From assembly GCA_903813345.2 (NCBI GenBank), contig CAIIXF020000001.1, positions 24,366,001-24,430,000 on the forward strand: a stretch of DNA of 64,000 bases. Direction: 5' to 3'. This document shows positions 1 through 13,031 of the stretch, in pieces (position 1 is the first letter of the stretch; each line of letters starts with the position of its first letter). The translations under genes were made by a program, and so were the position numbers. Under the pieces are notes generated by a model that did no database searches, had not been told where the DNA came from, and saw nothing but the letters and a program-made list of their open reading frames with translations. Source of the DNA: Owenia fusiformis. Taxonomy: Eukaryota.

Positions 1-374
1 ACCGTGAACTTATTGCTTCTTGGTGATGGTATATGTATACTAATGACAGTTTCTTTAAATATAGATCGTGCGCTAACTGTACATGTATGGTTATTGAGCA
101 ACTCGTCCTAGAAATGGGTTTAATTGGGGAAACAAAATATCGTACGAAAATCTATCACCGGAAGTCTGGCCATCTTGATGCAACAACACGGTGTTGTTGC
201 ATCACGATACTCCCCAGTGTTCTCTGCTTGTCTTAGATTCTTTCATGAATGAGAGGGAACTTAACATTATACATAAAAACCAGAAATCATCTCCTCCAAA
301 TAGCATACAAACCAGAAACCATCCCCTCCAAATGTTTTCTCTGCTTGTCTTAGATCCTTTCATAAATTGAATAG

Positions 375-526
375 GATGATTGGCAAACTATCCTTGTGCT
401 TGTAGGATTTATTGCATCCGGGACAAGTCAATGATGCACTGTCCTTATGCATGGCAACATGCCTTCTAAGTTGCCAACCAGTTTTCTATTCCTCCGAACA
501 TATCGAACATATGTGTACACTTTGTC
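375..526 (-). pseudogene. Degenerate exon encoding two C2H2 zinc fingers
   Basis: Minus strand after acceptor ttgttattccAG (528-527) reads QSVHICSICSEE*KTGWQLRRHVAMHKDSASLTCPGCNK, then a frameshifted SYKHKDSL..NH. In-frame TAG at 488-486. Confidence 0.6.
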
Positions 527-817
527 CTGGAATAACAAGGAAACAATTTTTGAACAAAGCATTAACTTAGTGAAGAGATACAGACATTCAATCAATTTAA
601 CATCACTTCTTGTTGGTAGCATGCTAGCAACCATCAATTCACAATGGTCACCAGGAGAAAATATGGCTGGTTTCTATCTTTGAGATCTGCATTTTTAATG
701 TCAGTTAGGGTCCTATATCACTACACAGTGTCCACATCATGCAGTTCATTACTATTAATGAATTATTTCAATAGTTTATCAATAAGCATTTCAGAAGAAT
801 ATACTTAAGTAGTAATT

Positions 818-1009
818 CAGGCCCGTAACGGGGGAGGGGAGTTCGAGCAAACCCCCCTTGCCAAAAAAACTTTCAAAATCATGCAGTTTTTCACCATTCT
901 GAGCACTTTTTAAGTGATTTTGGCCACTTTTGGACCAAAATTGTCATAAGTGAACTCCCCTGGAATTTAAAAAAAGTGAACCCCTTGGCAAATCCTGGCT
1001 ATGGGCCTG
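818..1009. mobile_element. Short MITE
   Basis: Imperfect TIRs caggcccgtaac / gctatgggcctg, flanked by TAATT on both sides (813-817, 1010-1014). Confidence 0.65.
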
Positions 1010-1109
1010 TAATTTAAGGTCCTACTTCTTCTTCCTCTTGCCATTCTTCATCATCATCATATTTAATTACTCTCTGTAAAAACAATGTGATTCTAAAATG
1101 ATTAACCCC

Positions 1110-2110
1110 TTCCCATACATGAATCTTCATGGTCAGCCAGCGACTATATCAATTCGGGGGTTCCCCAAGGGCCCATCTTAGGACCTTTGCTATTTTTAGT
1201 TTACATAAACGATTTACCTGATAATATTTTAAGCAAGTGTTTTCTGTATGCAGATGACACTTCTCTTTATCAGCCCTTCAGCCATGATAATATGCCTGAT
1301 TGTATAAACACCCTCCAATCTGATCTAAATTCTATAAACAATTGATCTGATAAATGGCAATTAAAATTCAAACCCTCTAAAAGTGATGATTTGACATTTA
1401 GTAGTCCAAAATAGAATGAAATAATAACCCCTGACCTAAAATTGGGAACTGAATCTATACCAAGGTGTGTTTCACATAAACACCTTGGCTTTATTTTTGA
1501 CTCCACATTATCTTTCAATCCTCACATTACCCAGCTTGCAAAGAAAATTGATAAGCTTTTAAATCCACTTAAAGCATAAAGTAAAAACTTAGTGGAAACC
1601 ATCTAAATCTTATGTTCAAATCTTTTATCTTACCACATTTTGATTTTTGCGACATTCTCTATGGATGTGCAGATATTTCCAAATTAAAACGCATTGACCA
1701 ACTCTACTTCAAGGCAGCTCTGATTTGTAGTGGAACTATACATGGGTCATCTTCTGAAAAGGTGCTCAATATTCTAAATTGGCTTAAACTAGAGACGAGG
1801 AGGAAGTTTCATTGACTGACCCTCATGTTCAATATCCAAAATCAGAAAGTTCCTTCATACGTTCAAAACATATTTGATAAATATAAGAGACAACAACCTC
1901 CTCTCTATTTGAGAAATCCAACTGAATTTGTCTTGCCTGTTAAAAGATCTGTGATATTTAAAGAACACATGCATTTTTACAGCTATCTCAGAATGGAACA
2001 AACTACCCCAACAACTCCAAGAGATAGACAACTTAAGTACTTTCAAATCCAAATTGTCACTTGTATAAATAAAACATGATAAATAAAAAAGTAAAAAAAA
2101 ATAAAAAATA
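1110..2110 (+). mobile_element. 5'-truncated, degenerate non-LTR retrotransposon (CR1/L2-like RT and C-terminal region)
   Basis: From 1157: [38 protein letters not shown]; later KHLGFIFD and FKSFILPHFDFCDILY. Several stops and frameshifts. A-rich tail at ~2080-2110. Confidence 0.9.
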
Positions 2111-2243
2111 CATTTATCAACATCATATTAGTAATATTGCCTCTTCATAACATAATAATTAAGTTCATTCAAATTAGTACAACAATAATAACATTTCTGC
2201 AATCTTGATATAAAAGATTTATAGAATGAACACATACTGAACG

Positions 2244-2800
2244 CAGAGATCAGGATAGTTGAAAAAAACTTGTTAGCCATTGTGGCTAATTCTTACAAAT
2301 AAAATTTAGCCAACCAAAATATGAATTAGCCATTTTGACCGAAAAAATTAAACACTTTTCGTACTTTTACTGTAGGTTTCACAGCTAGTACAGAATAATT
2401 TCTCACGCCGGTGAAGCAGCCTTGGCCTCCCACGGGCCCATTCCTCACAGAATTTGCGTTTAAGATTGTTAGTCATTTTTATGGCATTTTTGAAGGACAC
2501 AACTACCCCGGAGTGAATATACAGATACATGTACATGATGACGCGCCACAATACTGATAGAGTTCTACTGTGAAATAGCATAGTGTGTAAAATTAATATA
2601 TGTTGTGTTATGAGTGTCCAGAAATCTACTTTTCCGAAAAAACTTTTCTTCTGAAAAGTCATTCAATTTCAACATTTATGAAGTGTTGTTTGGTGAGTAA
2701 ACCGTAAAAAGGGAATTCGCCATAACTGCAAAATACCTTTACATATTTTTCGCCACCTCTTTCGAAAATTGCGAATGTCGAATGTCTACCGTGATCTATG
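2244..2800 (-). mobile_element. Internally deleted hAT-like element
   Basis: TIR cagagatcaggatag / ctaccgtgatctatg; flanking duplication CTGAACG (2237-2243, 2801-2807). Minus-strand remnant KRKFCEEWARGRPRL..LFCTSC resembles the N-terminus of ZNF862-type hAT transposases. Confidence 0.6.
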
Positions 2801-2816
2801 CTGAACGTATTACATG

Positions 2817-2950
2817 TATATTGACCCCTTGTTAGATATGCTGAACAATAATGGGTGTAAAATGTTTAGGGTAACAATAGGTGCTCTAGGATATGCTGAT
2901 GATTTAGTGGCCCTTGGACTCCTCAGAAGAAGTTTACAAGATTTTTCAAA
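2817..2950 (+). mobile_element. LINE reverse-transcriptase fragment (second copy at ~6649-6785)
   Basis: Translates YIDPLLDMLNNNGCKMFRVTIGALGYADDLVALGLLRRSLQ (YADD motif). Confidence 0.7.
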
Positions 2951-2954
2951 AAAC

Positions 2955-3260
2955 TTGGGCATGGCTCCTTTAGATAACAATCTTAAATAACTTCTGTTAT
3001 GTCACTCCAATCATGTTCATACTTTCAGAGACTATGTATATACATATAGTGAGTTGATATAGCAAGTCTGATCATGTTTGGTTCAATGGCCATGGAAACG
3101 TGCATGCAAACAATTGTAGCTATTTCAGATTAACAAGTAACTGCTAATCTCTTAAACCAATCAAAATAAAGTTGTGTTTAAAACCCTTTTTGGTCAATAA
3201 AACAACATGATTTAGATGATTAATTGGTAATTGGTTGCTATTGTAACACAGATGAATGGC
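2955..3260. repeat. Dispersed repeat unit; inverted copies at ~5560-5870 and ~5930-6260
   Basis: 2955-3100 is the reverse complement of ~5720-5870 (ccatggcaa..catgatcagacttgctat..tgattggag). 6080-6200 repeats the same block. Confidence 0.6.
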
Positions 3261-3435
3261 ATTGTTCTTTGTGAATATGCTTGTTTGGCTTGTGTGGAGA
3301 TGGTAGATAGATATATACGTAGTTCATTTAGATTAATTTCTGTATTGTTCACAGTTTTTCTTTAAGATACTATTTTAATTTCTACGATATAGTCATATTT
3401 ACAACATCATATTATGTCCTTATTTAATTTAACTA

Positions 3436-3974
3436 CAGGGTGTCCCAAAAGTATGCCCCCACCGGGGCCCCCACTATCTAGACATATACCAATGTCTTCA
3501 TAGTATGTGTCCTTAATCATTTTAAAACTCATCCAAAGTTACATTGATTTGTGTCCCTAGGTCATGTTAACAGCAGCAATGTTTTTCATATATGACCCTT
3601 AACACGCTTCAAATAGGGATGTGGCATTTTGTAATCCTCATAAAATTTTGTTAAGCCATTTTAGAAGAATTTCATTGGAGTATCTACCCTCAATGTCCTC
3701 TTTTTAGAACTCAACATCCATCCTATCTTCGTCAATAGCACCTATATTAATGGTCACATTCAGGTCAGAGCTGTTTCCAGGATACTGAAATGAACTATAT
3801 TTTTGGCCAAACATTAAGTTTTGAAATGCCTGTTACTTTTTACCATTTGTGAGTTGAACCTGATACTTGGCAAATCAATGTAACTTTGGATAAGCTTTAA
3901 ATGATATATGACACATACCATGGAGACATTGTATATGTCTGCCTAGAGGGGGGGCATACTTTGGGGACACCCTG
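3436..3974. mobile_element. Tc1/mariner-type MITE
   Basis: TA|cagggtgtcccaaaagtatgccccc ... gggggcatactttggggacaccctg|TA; inverted similarity extends ~120 bp. Confidence 0.85.
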
Positions 3975-3976
3975 TA

Positions 3977-4960
3977 CATATTAGTATGGTGGGGAAGTTA
4001 GAAACATTGTTCTGTATGTCTTCACAGCCTGCTGTTTCGATTTGCATCACCTCAGTGTAGGCCAGACAATGTCCATTACGATTCATTAATGTAACAATGT
4101 CGGCAATACCTGTGAGATGGTGTCGTGTCTGGGCTAGTAAATAATGTTTTGGTATCTGAAATGAATCTGAATGATCCATTTGAAGTTGCGAGACAAATTT
4201 CTTGTGCAATAGAATGCAGCAGCCGCTGTTGTTTCTCATTTAATATCTTGTTCTCATTGCGCTGGAGGAGATTCATTAAAAATTCCTTAGGAACATTTGG
4301 TATGAATTCTGATGTTCTTGGGGGCCAATTAAATGAGGGGTATTTTGTTTTGGCATTTAATATGATGCGTCTTAGATGCGACCCAGCATTGGTCAATAGT
4401 TTTTTTTTTCTGAATTGATATTCTTATGAAAAGCCTCTGCAATAGATTTTTCGGAGATGCCCCTTAAATTGCCAAATACAAGTTCATTTTTCAATGAAGA
4501 TTCTTTTGGGCGATAGAAATTGAGTTTATTCCCCAAAATGAATACTAAGTCCACTTTTGAAGTTATCTAACCTTCTGTACTTTGGTGTAGGTTTGGTTGT
4601 GCACTCATATGTGTTTGGGACATATTGTGAAGAGAGTCTAATGTAACAATTATGGGACCACCAGTCAACACCGTTTCATCTATATATTTTCAAATAAATG
4701 TGAATGATAAATCAATTACTTTATCACATGTATTTGTGTGTTGGCGTTTACTGGCCAGGTAATATTTTCTGCATGAATTATGGTACATTGCTTATGCAGA
4801 AACTATACAACGTCCACCTATTTTTGCATACAGCTCCCAGTCTTATTCAATGACTGCATTCAATATAGACGTTGATGCAGTATCAGTTTGACGTTTTGCT
4901 AGAGTTTCTCTTGTATTTCCCTTTTGGTATTTCTTTTATTTATCACAAAACAGGTACAAT
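3977..4960 (-). pseudogene. Degenerate large DNA-transposon protein, probably Academ-type transposase
   Basis: Overlapping frameshifted ORFs QRLLHSIAQEICLATSNG and IPKHYLLAQTRHHLTGIADIVTLMNRNGHCLAYTEVMQIETA match a motif block (SIAQD..PKH..LTGS..LNRxGH.xSY..ETA) recalled from Academ-like proteins. Confidence 0.55.
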
Positions 4961-4998
4961 TGCTATAGAAGGCTGAATGTGTTAAGATCTATCAATAT

Positions 4999-5519
4999 CA
5001 CACCGGAATAGCCTGACTACGGTAAAGTCAGATACCGTTGTCACAAATGACGGACATAACCATCGCTTCAACTGTCTAATCACTTGGTCTTCATTTCATG
5101 GGATTTTATCGCCGCTAATTCCGTGCATGCATTAAGCTCTTGTGATAATGTATAATATGAAATCCCATTTTCCATCAAATTGGGTCGTGACTCACCACAA
5201 TATAGCATCTTCGATATTGTCAATGACAACGGAATCTGAATTTGAGTAATTTAGAAAGACAACGGTATTTGGTAATAATTACAATGTCCGTTGTCCCATC
5301 ACTCATTTTGGTCAAAATTAAAGACTTTAGTTCGATGGTAGAACATTATTAACCGTACAATGAGTATTAAGACACTTTGATTGATTGTTGTTCCAAAGGA
5401 ATTTAGTCTAGGTGCTCTATTAAACCTACAGTTCATGAAAATCTAATTGAAGCGACGGTTATGTCCGCCATTTGTGACAACATTATCTGACTTTACCGTT
5501 GTCAGGCTATTCCGGAGTG
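4999..5519. mobile_element. Transib-like MITE
   Basis: ~75-bp TIRs with CAC...GTG ends (cacaccggaatagcctgac / gtcaggctattccggagtg) and a 5-bp TSD AATAT (4994-4998, 5520-5524). Confidence 0.8.
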
Positions 5520-6397
5520 AATATAAGAACACAGAGTAGTTTCTGTTTATTAATTAACCATGAGTTGATATCATTGACTAATAGATGATTTCAGTCATGT
5601 TTTCTTAAAACCAACTCCTATAATATGTTTTCAAAAAAAACTTTTTATTGATTGGTACAATCTGGAACTATGTGTAGATTTATCCAATACTTGTTTATAC
5701 TTCTTTATAAGTAAGTTGTGTTTCCATGGCAATCATTTCACCAATCATGATCAGACTTGCTATACCAACTAACTATATATACATATATACTCTCTGAAAG
5801 TATGAATGTGATTGGAGGTACATAATATGAATTACTCAAGATAGTTACTTAAAAGTGCCACGCCCACTTTTGAGCAATGTGAATGGTAGTCACCAAATAG
5901 AGTTATGGACTAGAGTCATAGATATCATTCAATTAATCATTTTAATCATGTTATTTCATTGAAACCTCCTTAAATATGTTTTTAAAGTCAACTTCATGCT
6001 GATTGGTGCAACCCAAAGAGATTAGTAGTCGTTTACCTTTTAAAGAACTGGTGGATTTATGCAAAATATTTACAATTTTTCGCACTTAAGTTGTGTTGCC
6101 ATGGCAACCACTTGACCAAGCATGATCAAACTTGTCATGGGAACTTTTTATATATAGATACATACTCCCCAGAAATATAAATTTGATTGGAGATATATAA
6201 CATAAATTATTGATGCTTATCGTATTACCCCCTCATAAAAGTAGCAAGGAGGGTATAAATGGCAATTATTCGAAGAGGCTGAAAAACTAGACCCTATTAT
6301 TTTCAAAATCAATGAGAAATGATAAACTACAAATAATTAACATAATTACAAAAATGCAATAGTGTGAGTAAAAAAGTGGTCCGAGCTCATCCACTAT

Positions 6398-6792
6398 GAT
6401 AGAGTTCTACTGTGAAATAGCATAGTGTAAAATTAATATATGTCGCGTCATGAGTGACCAGAAATCTACTTTTCCGAAAAACTTTTCTTCTGAAAAGTCG
6501 TTCAAATTCAACATTTATGAAGTTGTTTGGTGAGTAAACTGTAAAAAAGGGAATTCGCCATAACTGCGAAATACCTTAACATATTTTTCGCCACCTCTTT
6601 CAAAAATTTGCGAATGTCTACCGTGATCTCTGCTGAACGTATTACATGTATATTGACCCCTTGTTAGATATGCTGAACAATTATGGGTGTAAAATGTTTC
6701 GGGTAACAATTATAGGTGCTCTAGGATATGCTGATGATTTAGTGGCCCTTGGACTCCTCAGAAGAAGGTTACAAGATTTTTCAAAAAACTTG
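6398..6792 (+). repeat. Direct duplicate of 2556-2957 (hAT end plus LINE fragment)
   Basis: Near-identical from gatagagttctactgtgaaatagc to tacaagatttttcaaaaaacttg. Confidence 0.9.
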
Positions 6793-6794
6793 TT

Positions 6795-6890
6795 TTGCGG
6801 AAGATTTTGAAAAATGTGGTAGTTTTAAGGTAGATTTGAAAAAATACGGTAGTTTTTTAGAAGATTTTGAAAAAGGTGGTAGATTAAAAA
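6795..6890. repeat. Short imperfect tandem repeat (~30 bp, 3 copies)
   Basis: Recurrent agattttgaaaaa..ggtagttt. Confidence 0.6.
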
Positions 6891-7657
6891 AAGTATGTTT
6901 TTCTAACACAGCATTGATGGAACTCTTTCATAAACAATTTGAGCACATCTGTGCTTTTATAACTGCATTAGAACCTGTGGTAGTTGATGCAAAAACACCG
7001 TGTTTTTGCATCACAAAACTCCCAAGTGTGTTGACTACACACCAGCTTACAAACCAGCTTACTTATATAAGTACGCAATAACCACTGTCACAGACCTACT
7101 GACACCTATTTATTTTCTGGTTGGTAATGGAATATTACAGGGGCAATACGGGCAGACTTCAAATTTTCAGAATTTCCAAATAATAACAGTAGGTTTTATG
7201 GTAGATTCCCCTAAAAATAGGGTAGGTTGTCAGATATGCTATGTTATGCTAATTTGCAAGCCCCCACCCCTCAAAAGCACCCGCCCTGGGAAAAAAATTC
7301 ACACTCAAAAAAATCACACATTAATTTCAGGTATAGCCTTGGATGACCCTTTTTTTGAATATATGAATTTTTAGCTTAGAAATTAGATATTTAAAATATT
7401 GTGGTCAGCTTTGATCCATGTAACAAGTATTTTTAGATAAAAAAACATTTGAGTTGAAAACTTAACCCTAGAGTCCCTTAAGGGGTGAGGGGTTAATACC
7501 CCCCCCCCTCATAGAGTGTAGCTGCTTCTAGGGATATAGTAAACAGAGTAGTAATTAATTTGTTCGATTATATCTAATTTATTATTATTCGAAGACATTT
7601 ATTATGTGATATAGCATTTTTACTTTTTCACATCCATATGCTAGATGTTATGTTTTA

Positions 7658-8639
7658 CGAGGGGGGATTCATAAGTAGTGGGACAAATGCTATAATTTCA
7701 CTTATATCAACCAGATTTTAGTCAAATTTGGAACACAGAACCACAAACATGTGATAATCATTGTGTCAAAAGGTTACACCCAACTTCAGTAAAGTGAGAG
7801 TTCCAATCATAACGTCACAACAGGGTCCACGGAGCACATTGTTTGTCACTAATTGCTAGTTAACTGATATTCAGAACGTGATCTAATCCGTGACTTCTAG
7901 CGAGTCCTTTAGTAGAGCACATCAATTCTGTGCAAGACTATTGATTTCTTATCCTTCTGGTGCAATCTCACTCATCATGACAATCAATGTATTTTGGCAC
8001 CTTCTCAACCATTCAAGGTATGCACCCTCAAAACCATATTTTCCAAGATTGGTCATCTCGGCTCTCACAGCATATTCAGAATACATATACAGAATACCAC
8101 CTATATACTGTAGATTTTTTACATCTTCTTTCCAATAGACTTCCAACAAAACTATAGGTCTCTAATACTGAAAACTTCTCCAAAGCATTAAATTTAATCA
8201 CAGCACGGATGTTTATACGCGATTCTTGCTTTTTTCATTGCTATTTTATTCAAATTTTGCTCCATCCAAGGACTGAAAATGTCCTGGTGTCACTGCTTTG
8301 TGTGACATCACAATAGTATGATAATGTAATATATGTTACAGTTGTAATGACTACAAGGCTTGAGACAATATGAAACCAAATATTTGAAAATAACTGTCAT
8401 TTTGAGATATTTATGAGCATATTTATGTTGATCAAGCCCTTCATTTTTTAACTGCTCCGTTAACCCCTACTTTTGGTTACCATAGCAATCGTTGTTGCTA
8501 GGGAACAAAATGAATTAAAATGAAATTTCACCAAACAATGCCTTATATCCCAGTCTGTTCATGTGCCAAATTTGGTTGAGATATGTACACAGGGACTTGC
8601 TGCCTCAGAAAAGTCCCACTACTTATGAATCCCCCCTGG
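7658..8639 (-). mobile_element. Degenerate mariner-like element
   Basis: TA|cgaggggggattcataagtagtgggac ... gtcccactacttatgaatcccccctgg|TA. Internal minus-strand FEGAYLEWLRRCQ weakly resembles a mariner C-terminus. Confidence 0.7.
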
Positions 8640-10229
8640 TACATTGTCAAAATACATAAAAAACATGATTTCTCCATATTTTGTTATACCCCTACTGTAG
8701 TTGTTGTCTCCTTATACAAATTGTTATGATGGATTATCAAATTATAAAACAATACACTCAACTTGTCAACAATAGGCAATAGTAATTATTTGGTAAAATA
8801 AGGATTATAAGGATCATACCCCCCTGGCCTAGGGACTCTCGTAGATTAGGAACTCAAGGGTGAAAGGGTCTTGTCACACTAAAGTGAGCAGTCGTGGGTT
8901 GAATCCCCACTGGGGTAGACTGACTTTTCACATCTGATAATTCAGCCCTTAGGACAGGATTTCATTCTGAGTTTTCTTTAACTATAGCCAAACAAGTTTA
9001 AGAGGCAGTATGAACCATTTTCCTATTTGAAACCAAAGTCAAGAGGAATCAGATTTTCCAGGCTTGACTTTCACGACAAATTCCCCTGCATTTTTATACA
9101 TTTCAGAAGTCTCCAACTTATTCAGCTTCCCTTTCTGAAATTATTAATTAAATGTCCACAAGCTTTTAAAACTTTGAGACCGGATTTCTTTGTACCTACC
9201 TTACTGGTAATGTAATATCTGCACCATCAAGAGAATGCATTGTTTTAGGTAATAATTCCTACATGTAGTTATGTCCTAATTTTACTCTATTATGGATATC
9301 ATGAAAAGGTAATTAGCCCTGTAATGGAGCCTGTGCCAGTTATTTACCACAGCTGGTTAGTCTACATGCTATAGCTAATATGTATGGTTTATTGAAATAC
9401 ATGTAATAGTCCTAAAATTAGAATATCAGTGTCATTTGATGCTATTACAGCAGTCCCACATGTTCTGCTGAATGTAAAACAGATTGAATAAGTTTGAAAG
9501 CAGCCTCTTAAACAATGGATTTAATAGAGGGTTTCAGTTATCTTTTTCACAGACATTATTTGAGTTCTCTCCAATAGTTCCACTTAAAACAATCTTGACA
9601 TATGGCGAACCTTTACGATGCTGCTTTATTGAATTTCTTTGTAAACTTTGAAAATTCGTCTTATATTATATTACTTGGCCAAAAGGTATTCATATTTTTA
9701 GAGCTTTTTAGTTAATGGTGAAATTTTATATATGGATAGTTCAATAGGGGTAGTATCCATTGTTTGCATTCTTTTCAATATTTTATAGCAATGGAGATAC
9801 GTAGGAGTCAAATATGAAATCTATTCTTTGGGCTCCTGTACCAGATTTGATGGAGAAGTCAAATATAGTCAATATTGTCAGTTGAACACTAAATTGTAAT
9901 CAAGAATGTATATGGATATAATATTGGAATGTGAAAATAATTCCAATAGAAGCTTCACTGCCTGTTGTTTGAATTGAACATTCCATAAAATGGCACAAGT
10001 TTCCAACAATATTTCTAAAATATGTAATCAAACTATTTGGAATTAAATCTGGTATGGCCAAAGTTAAAACTTATATTATATATCGACGAGCACTGTCTGA
10101 AAATGTTGAAAATATCTTCCCAGATTCTGAGACTTGAAACTTCAATTATCTACAAAAAATAAAACTCAACTCACCGCTGGATGTTGAATGCTAAACTATT
10201 TTTATTCGTATAAACTTCTCATATTATAG

Positions 10230-10970
10230 GTTTTGAACAGCATCCTGTAAGAGTTCAAGATGCCACTGTCATAATCACTGATGTCACTAATGTCATCAGA
10301 AGCTGATTCATAGTCACTATGAGTTTCAGCATCATGATCGTTTTCATTATTCTTTTGGTCCCCATTCACATGACCTCACTCATATCTTCCAGAGCTTGCT
10401 CTTCTCTATCACTTGCTTCTATGACACACTTTACAATACCCTTGGTCCGCCTCCTAGTTGATCTTCTACCTTTCATCGCCATCCAAGTTTCAATAGCTTT
10501 GGTCGGGTCAAACTCGCTTACAGGTGCACTGTTGAGTTTTACATTCATAAGTCTTGATAATGATCTTGATTGGAGCCAATTCCGGGAGTATGTTTTAATC
10601 AACTTCATAACTGAGAAACCACGCTCACATTCACTGCTACTTGCTGGTAAGGAGAGGATAAGATCTATCAGCTTAGGATGTTTTCGAGTTCAGATCGATG
10701 TTTGGCATTAACTTCTTCCCATGAGAAAGGCACTGAATGGCTGAAAAGAAATAATAGTTCAAAATACTTTGCGAGAAGAAAATGTAATTCAAAAGAAAAG
10801 AAAATACTATAATGCTCATTTTCAGCCACAACAGGTTAAAATAAACATACTATTTAGTAATGCGAACTTTGAGCCAAAAAATTCTGTTTGAAGGGCATCT
10901 CTGTCGACTCCATTGGCTTCCAGTTGCTTGCTGAAGTGGTTGCTAAGTACTAACACTTCTTCACCAAAGT
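10230..10970 (-). pseudogene. Intron-containing hAT (ZNF862-like) transposase, C-terminal dimerisation region
   Basis: Exon after acceptor ttatttcttttcAG (~10741) encodes LIDLILSLPASSSECERGFSVMKLIKTYSRNWLQSRSLSRLMNVKLNSAPVSEFDPTKAIETW. Upstream exon ~10970-10853 encodes DFGEEVLVLSNHFSKQLEANGVDRDALQTEF. Confidence 0.8.
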
Positions 10971-11204
10971 CTGTATTTATGAATATATAGTATATTAGTA
11001 CTATACTAGTATATTAGTGTTTGGATTCTTGTTTTCTGGGATATATATTTGAGATCTTTTAAATGCGCTTGTCTGGCAGTTGTAAGGTGCAAGATCTGAT
11101 GAATAGATGACATTTTACAACAGTTTAAACCCCAGCTTATTCGAGCTTCTCAAACACATGTCGATTTTTGGGAGGGAGCATTGTTCTTTTTTGGGGGGGG
11201 GAGG

Positions 11205-11350
11205 GCTTGTCGAGTTAGCCAAGTGGTCTAGTGTGCCACAGTAAAATCAGCTAGGCACTGATGTCACAACCATGAGATTGTGAGTTTGAGATGTGTGAAG
11301 TCCTTGTGTAAAACCGTATGAAATTCTTGTTGCGAAATGCCAATCATGGC
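11205..11350 (+). mobile_element. Possible degenerate tRNA-derived SINE head
   Basis: A-box-like tagccaagtgg and a weak B-box gtgagtttgagat. A similar B-box (gggttgaatccc) lies at ~8896. Confidence 0.3.
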
Positions 11351-11452
11351 AGCCTTAATCATCTCTAGATCTGTGTAAAGAAGTGACCTTTCATCTTACT
11401 TTTCATGTGTCCAAAGAAATAGAAGTCGTAAGGTGCAGTATCTGATAAAAAG

Positions 11453-11824
11453 TAGAGAAGTCACAGAACAAAGAAAAATCGGAACGGTTCGGTACGGAAC
11501 ATTTTGCTTCGGAACGGAACAATTTCTGAACGGTTCGGAACAGAGTGACTGCGTGTATAAGATTAGAATAAGTTGATCATCTAGGTCTATTTGGTAGCTA
11601 AAAGCTATTCAAAACTCTTCAATGAGAAGGAGTGAAAAGAATGAACCTCTTTTGGTGCAAAATATTGAAAGAAAAATGCTGTTTTGTGGCGATTCAAGGG
11701 CCAAAAGTTGTGAAAGGGTAAAATGTTCATGTTCCGGAACTGAACCGAAATTCTCAATTTGTGTTCCGTTCCAAGGGCATAATTCCGCGGATTGGAACAA
11801 AATCGGGTATCCGTGACACCTCTA
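11453..11824. mobile_element. hAT-type MITE with cggaac subterminal repeats
   Basis: Ends tagagaagtcac / gtgacacctcta. Degenerate 8-bp TSD ataaaaag / atgaatag. The empty site survives in the paralogous segment 11082-11185. Confidence 0.65.
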
Positions 11825-12542
11825 ATGAATAGATGGCATTTTACAACAGTTTAAACCCCAGTTTATTTAAGCTTCTCAAACACATGTCGATTTTTGGGAG
11901 GGACCATTGTCCTGGTGATAAATATTGTTTCCCAGGTCTCTTCCTCCTAAGGGCATTGACTAGGTTTGGCTTCTAACCTGTTCATGAGCATGTCCATACA
12001 ATCCAAGAGTTTTGGGTCTACCTCTGCTTCCATAGGCAAAATGATATCGCAGCATGTTATAAAGTCATTTTTTCAATAAAATTCTAACAAGCTGTTTTCA
12101 CTTACAATCAAGCCATTGCTAACTGGAAGTTGATTCTAATCACATCTACTGCTGATAGATCTCCATCAAAGCAATAAATGTTTCCCTCTACTTTCATCAC
12201 AGGTTACAATAGCTTTTGTAACTTCTTCAAAAGAGAGAGTAATATAAGTAAAACAACCATGCATACTTGGATTAAATGGTGGCAATTCTCACTATTGGTA
12301 ATTGAAAAGTGTAGCTTTAAAATATGTGTCGCAATAGTCTTTAAAGTAGTGGTTGGAGGTAATACTGCATTACTGACAACGGTTTGACCTTACTGGTATC
12401 AAAATTTTCTACCTGCAATGAAGAGCATTGACCTAATCAGATTCTTTAGTACACTTTAAATTGTTTTTGTTCTCACTTATGAACCATTTTGATATTTATT
12501 CAATGTGTATACATGAATAGCGGTAAACTAATAGACTCTAAA

Positions 12543-13031
12543 TAATATGAGGTTATATAATGATTCATTCTGTATATCGTGTTTATACTCAAGTGAGTAT
12601 ATAATATATTCACAAGTGAGCGTAGCGAACGAGTGAATATATTATATTCTCACGAGAGTATAAAATGCACGATATACAGAATGAACCATTATATAATCTT
12701 ATTATGCCACTCTAAGTTCAATTACAGTTGATTCAAACACAATCATAACATTATAAAAACCATAAAAATATCCCATAGCCAACTCAGTAATGCCGATTTT
12801 GATCTCGATCCATTTATGACGTCACTTGATTCTAGGAAATCATATGTAACAAAACATTCACCTCGTTCTTCGGTCAATATTCATTAGTTCCCAGAATGCA
12901 CTTCTACAGTGGTATACGCTGGAGTGTATACGGAGGAGTTGTATACGATGACGATATACCACTCTCCACTGTATATCGTTGTTATAGACCCATGTTATAC
13001 AACTGTAATCGGACTAAGAGTGGTATAATAA
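12543..13031. mobile_element. Palindrome-headed non-autonomous element (Crypton-like architecture)
   Basis: ~70-bp-arm palindrome 12543-12703 centred on gagcgtagcgaac, plus inverted repeat ttattatgccactct (12699) / agagtggtataataa (to 13031). Confidence 0.55.

Noticed and set aside
8840-8960. tRNA gene
   Set aside because: Only a B-box-like motif and no cloverleaf; at most a decayed SINE head.
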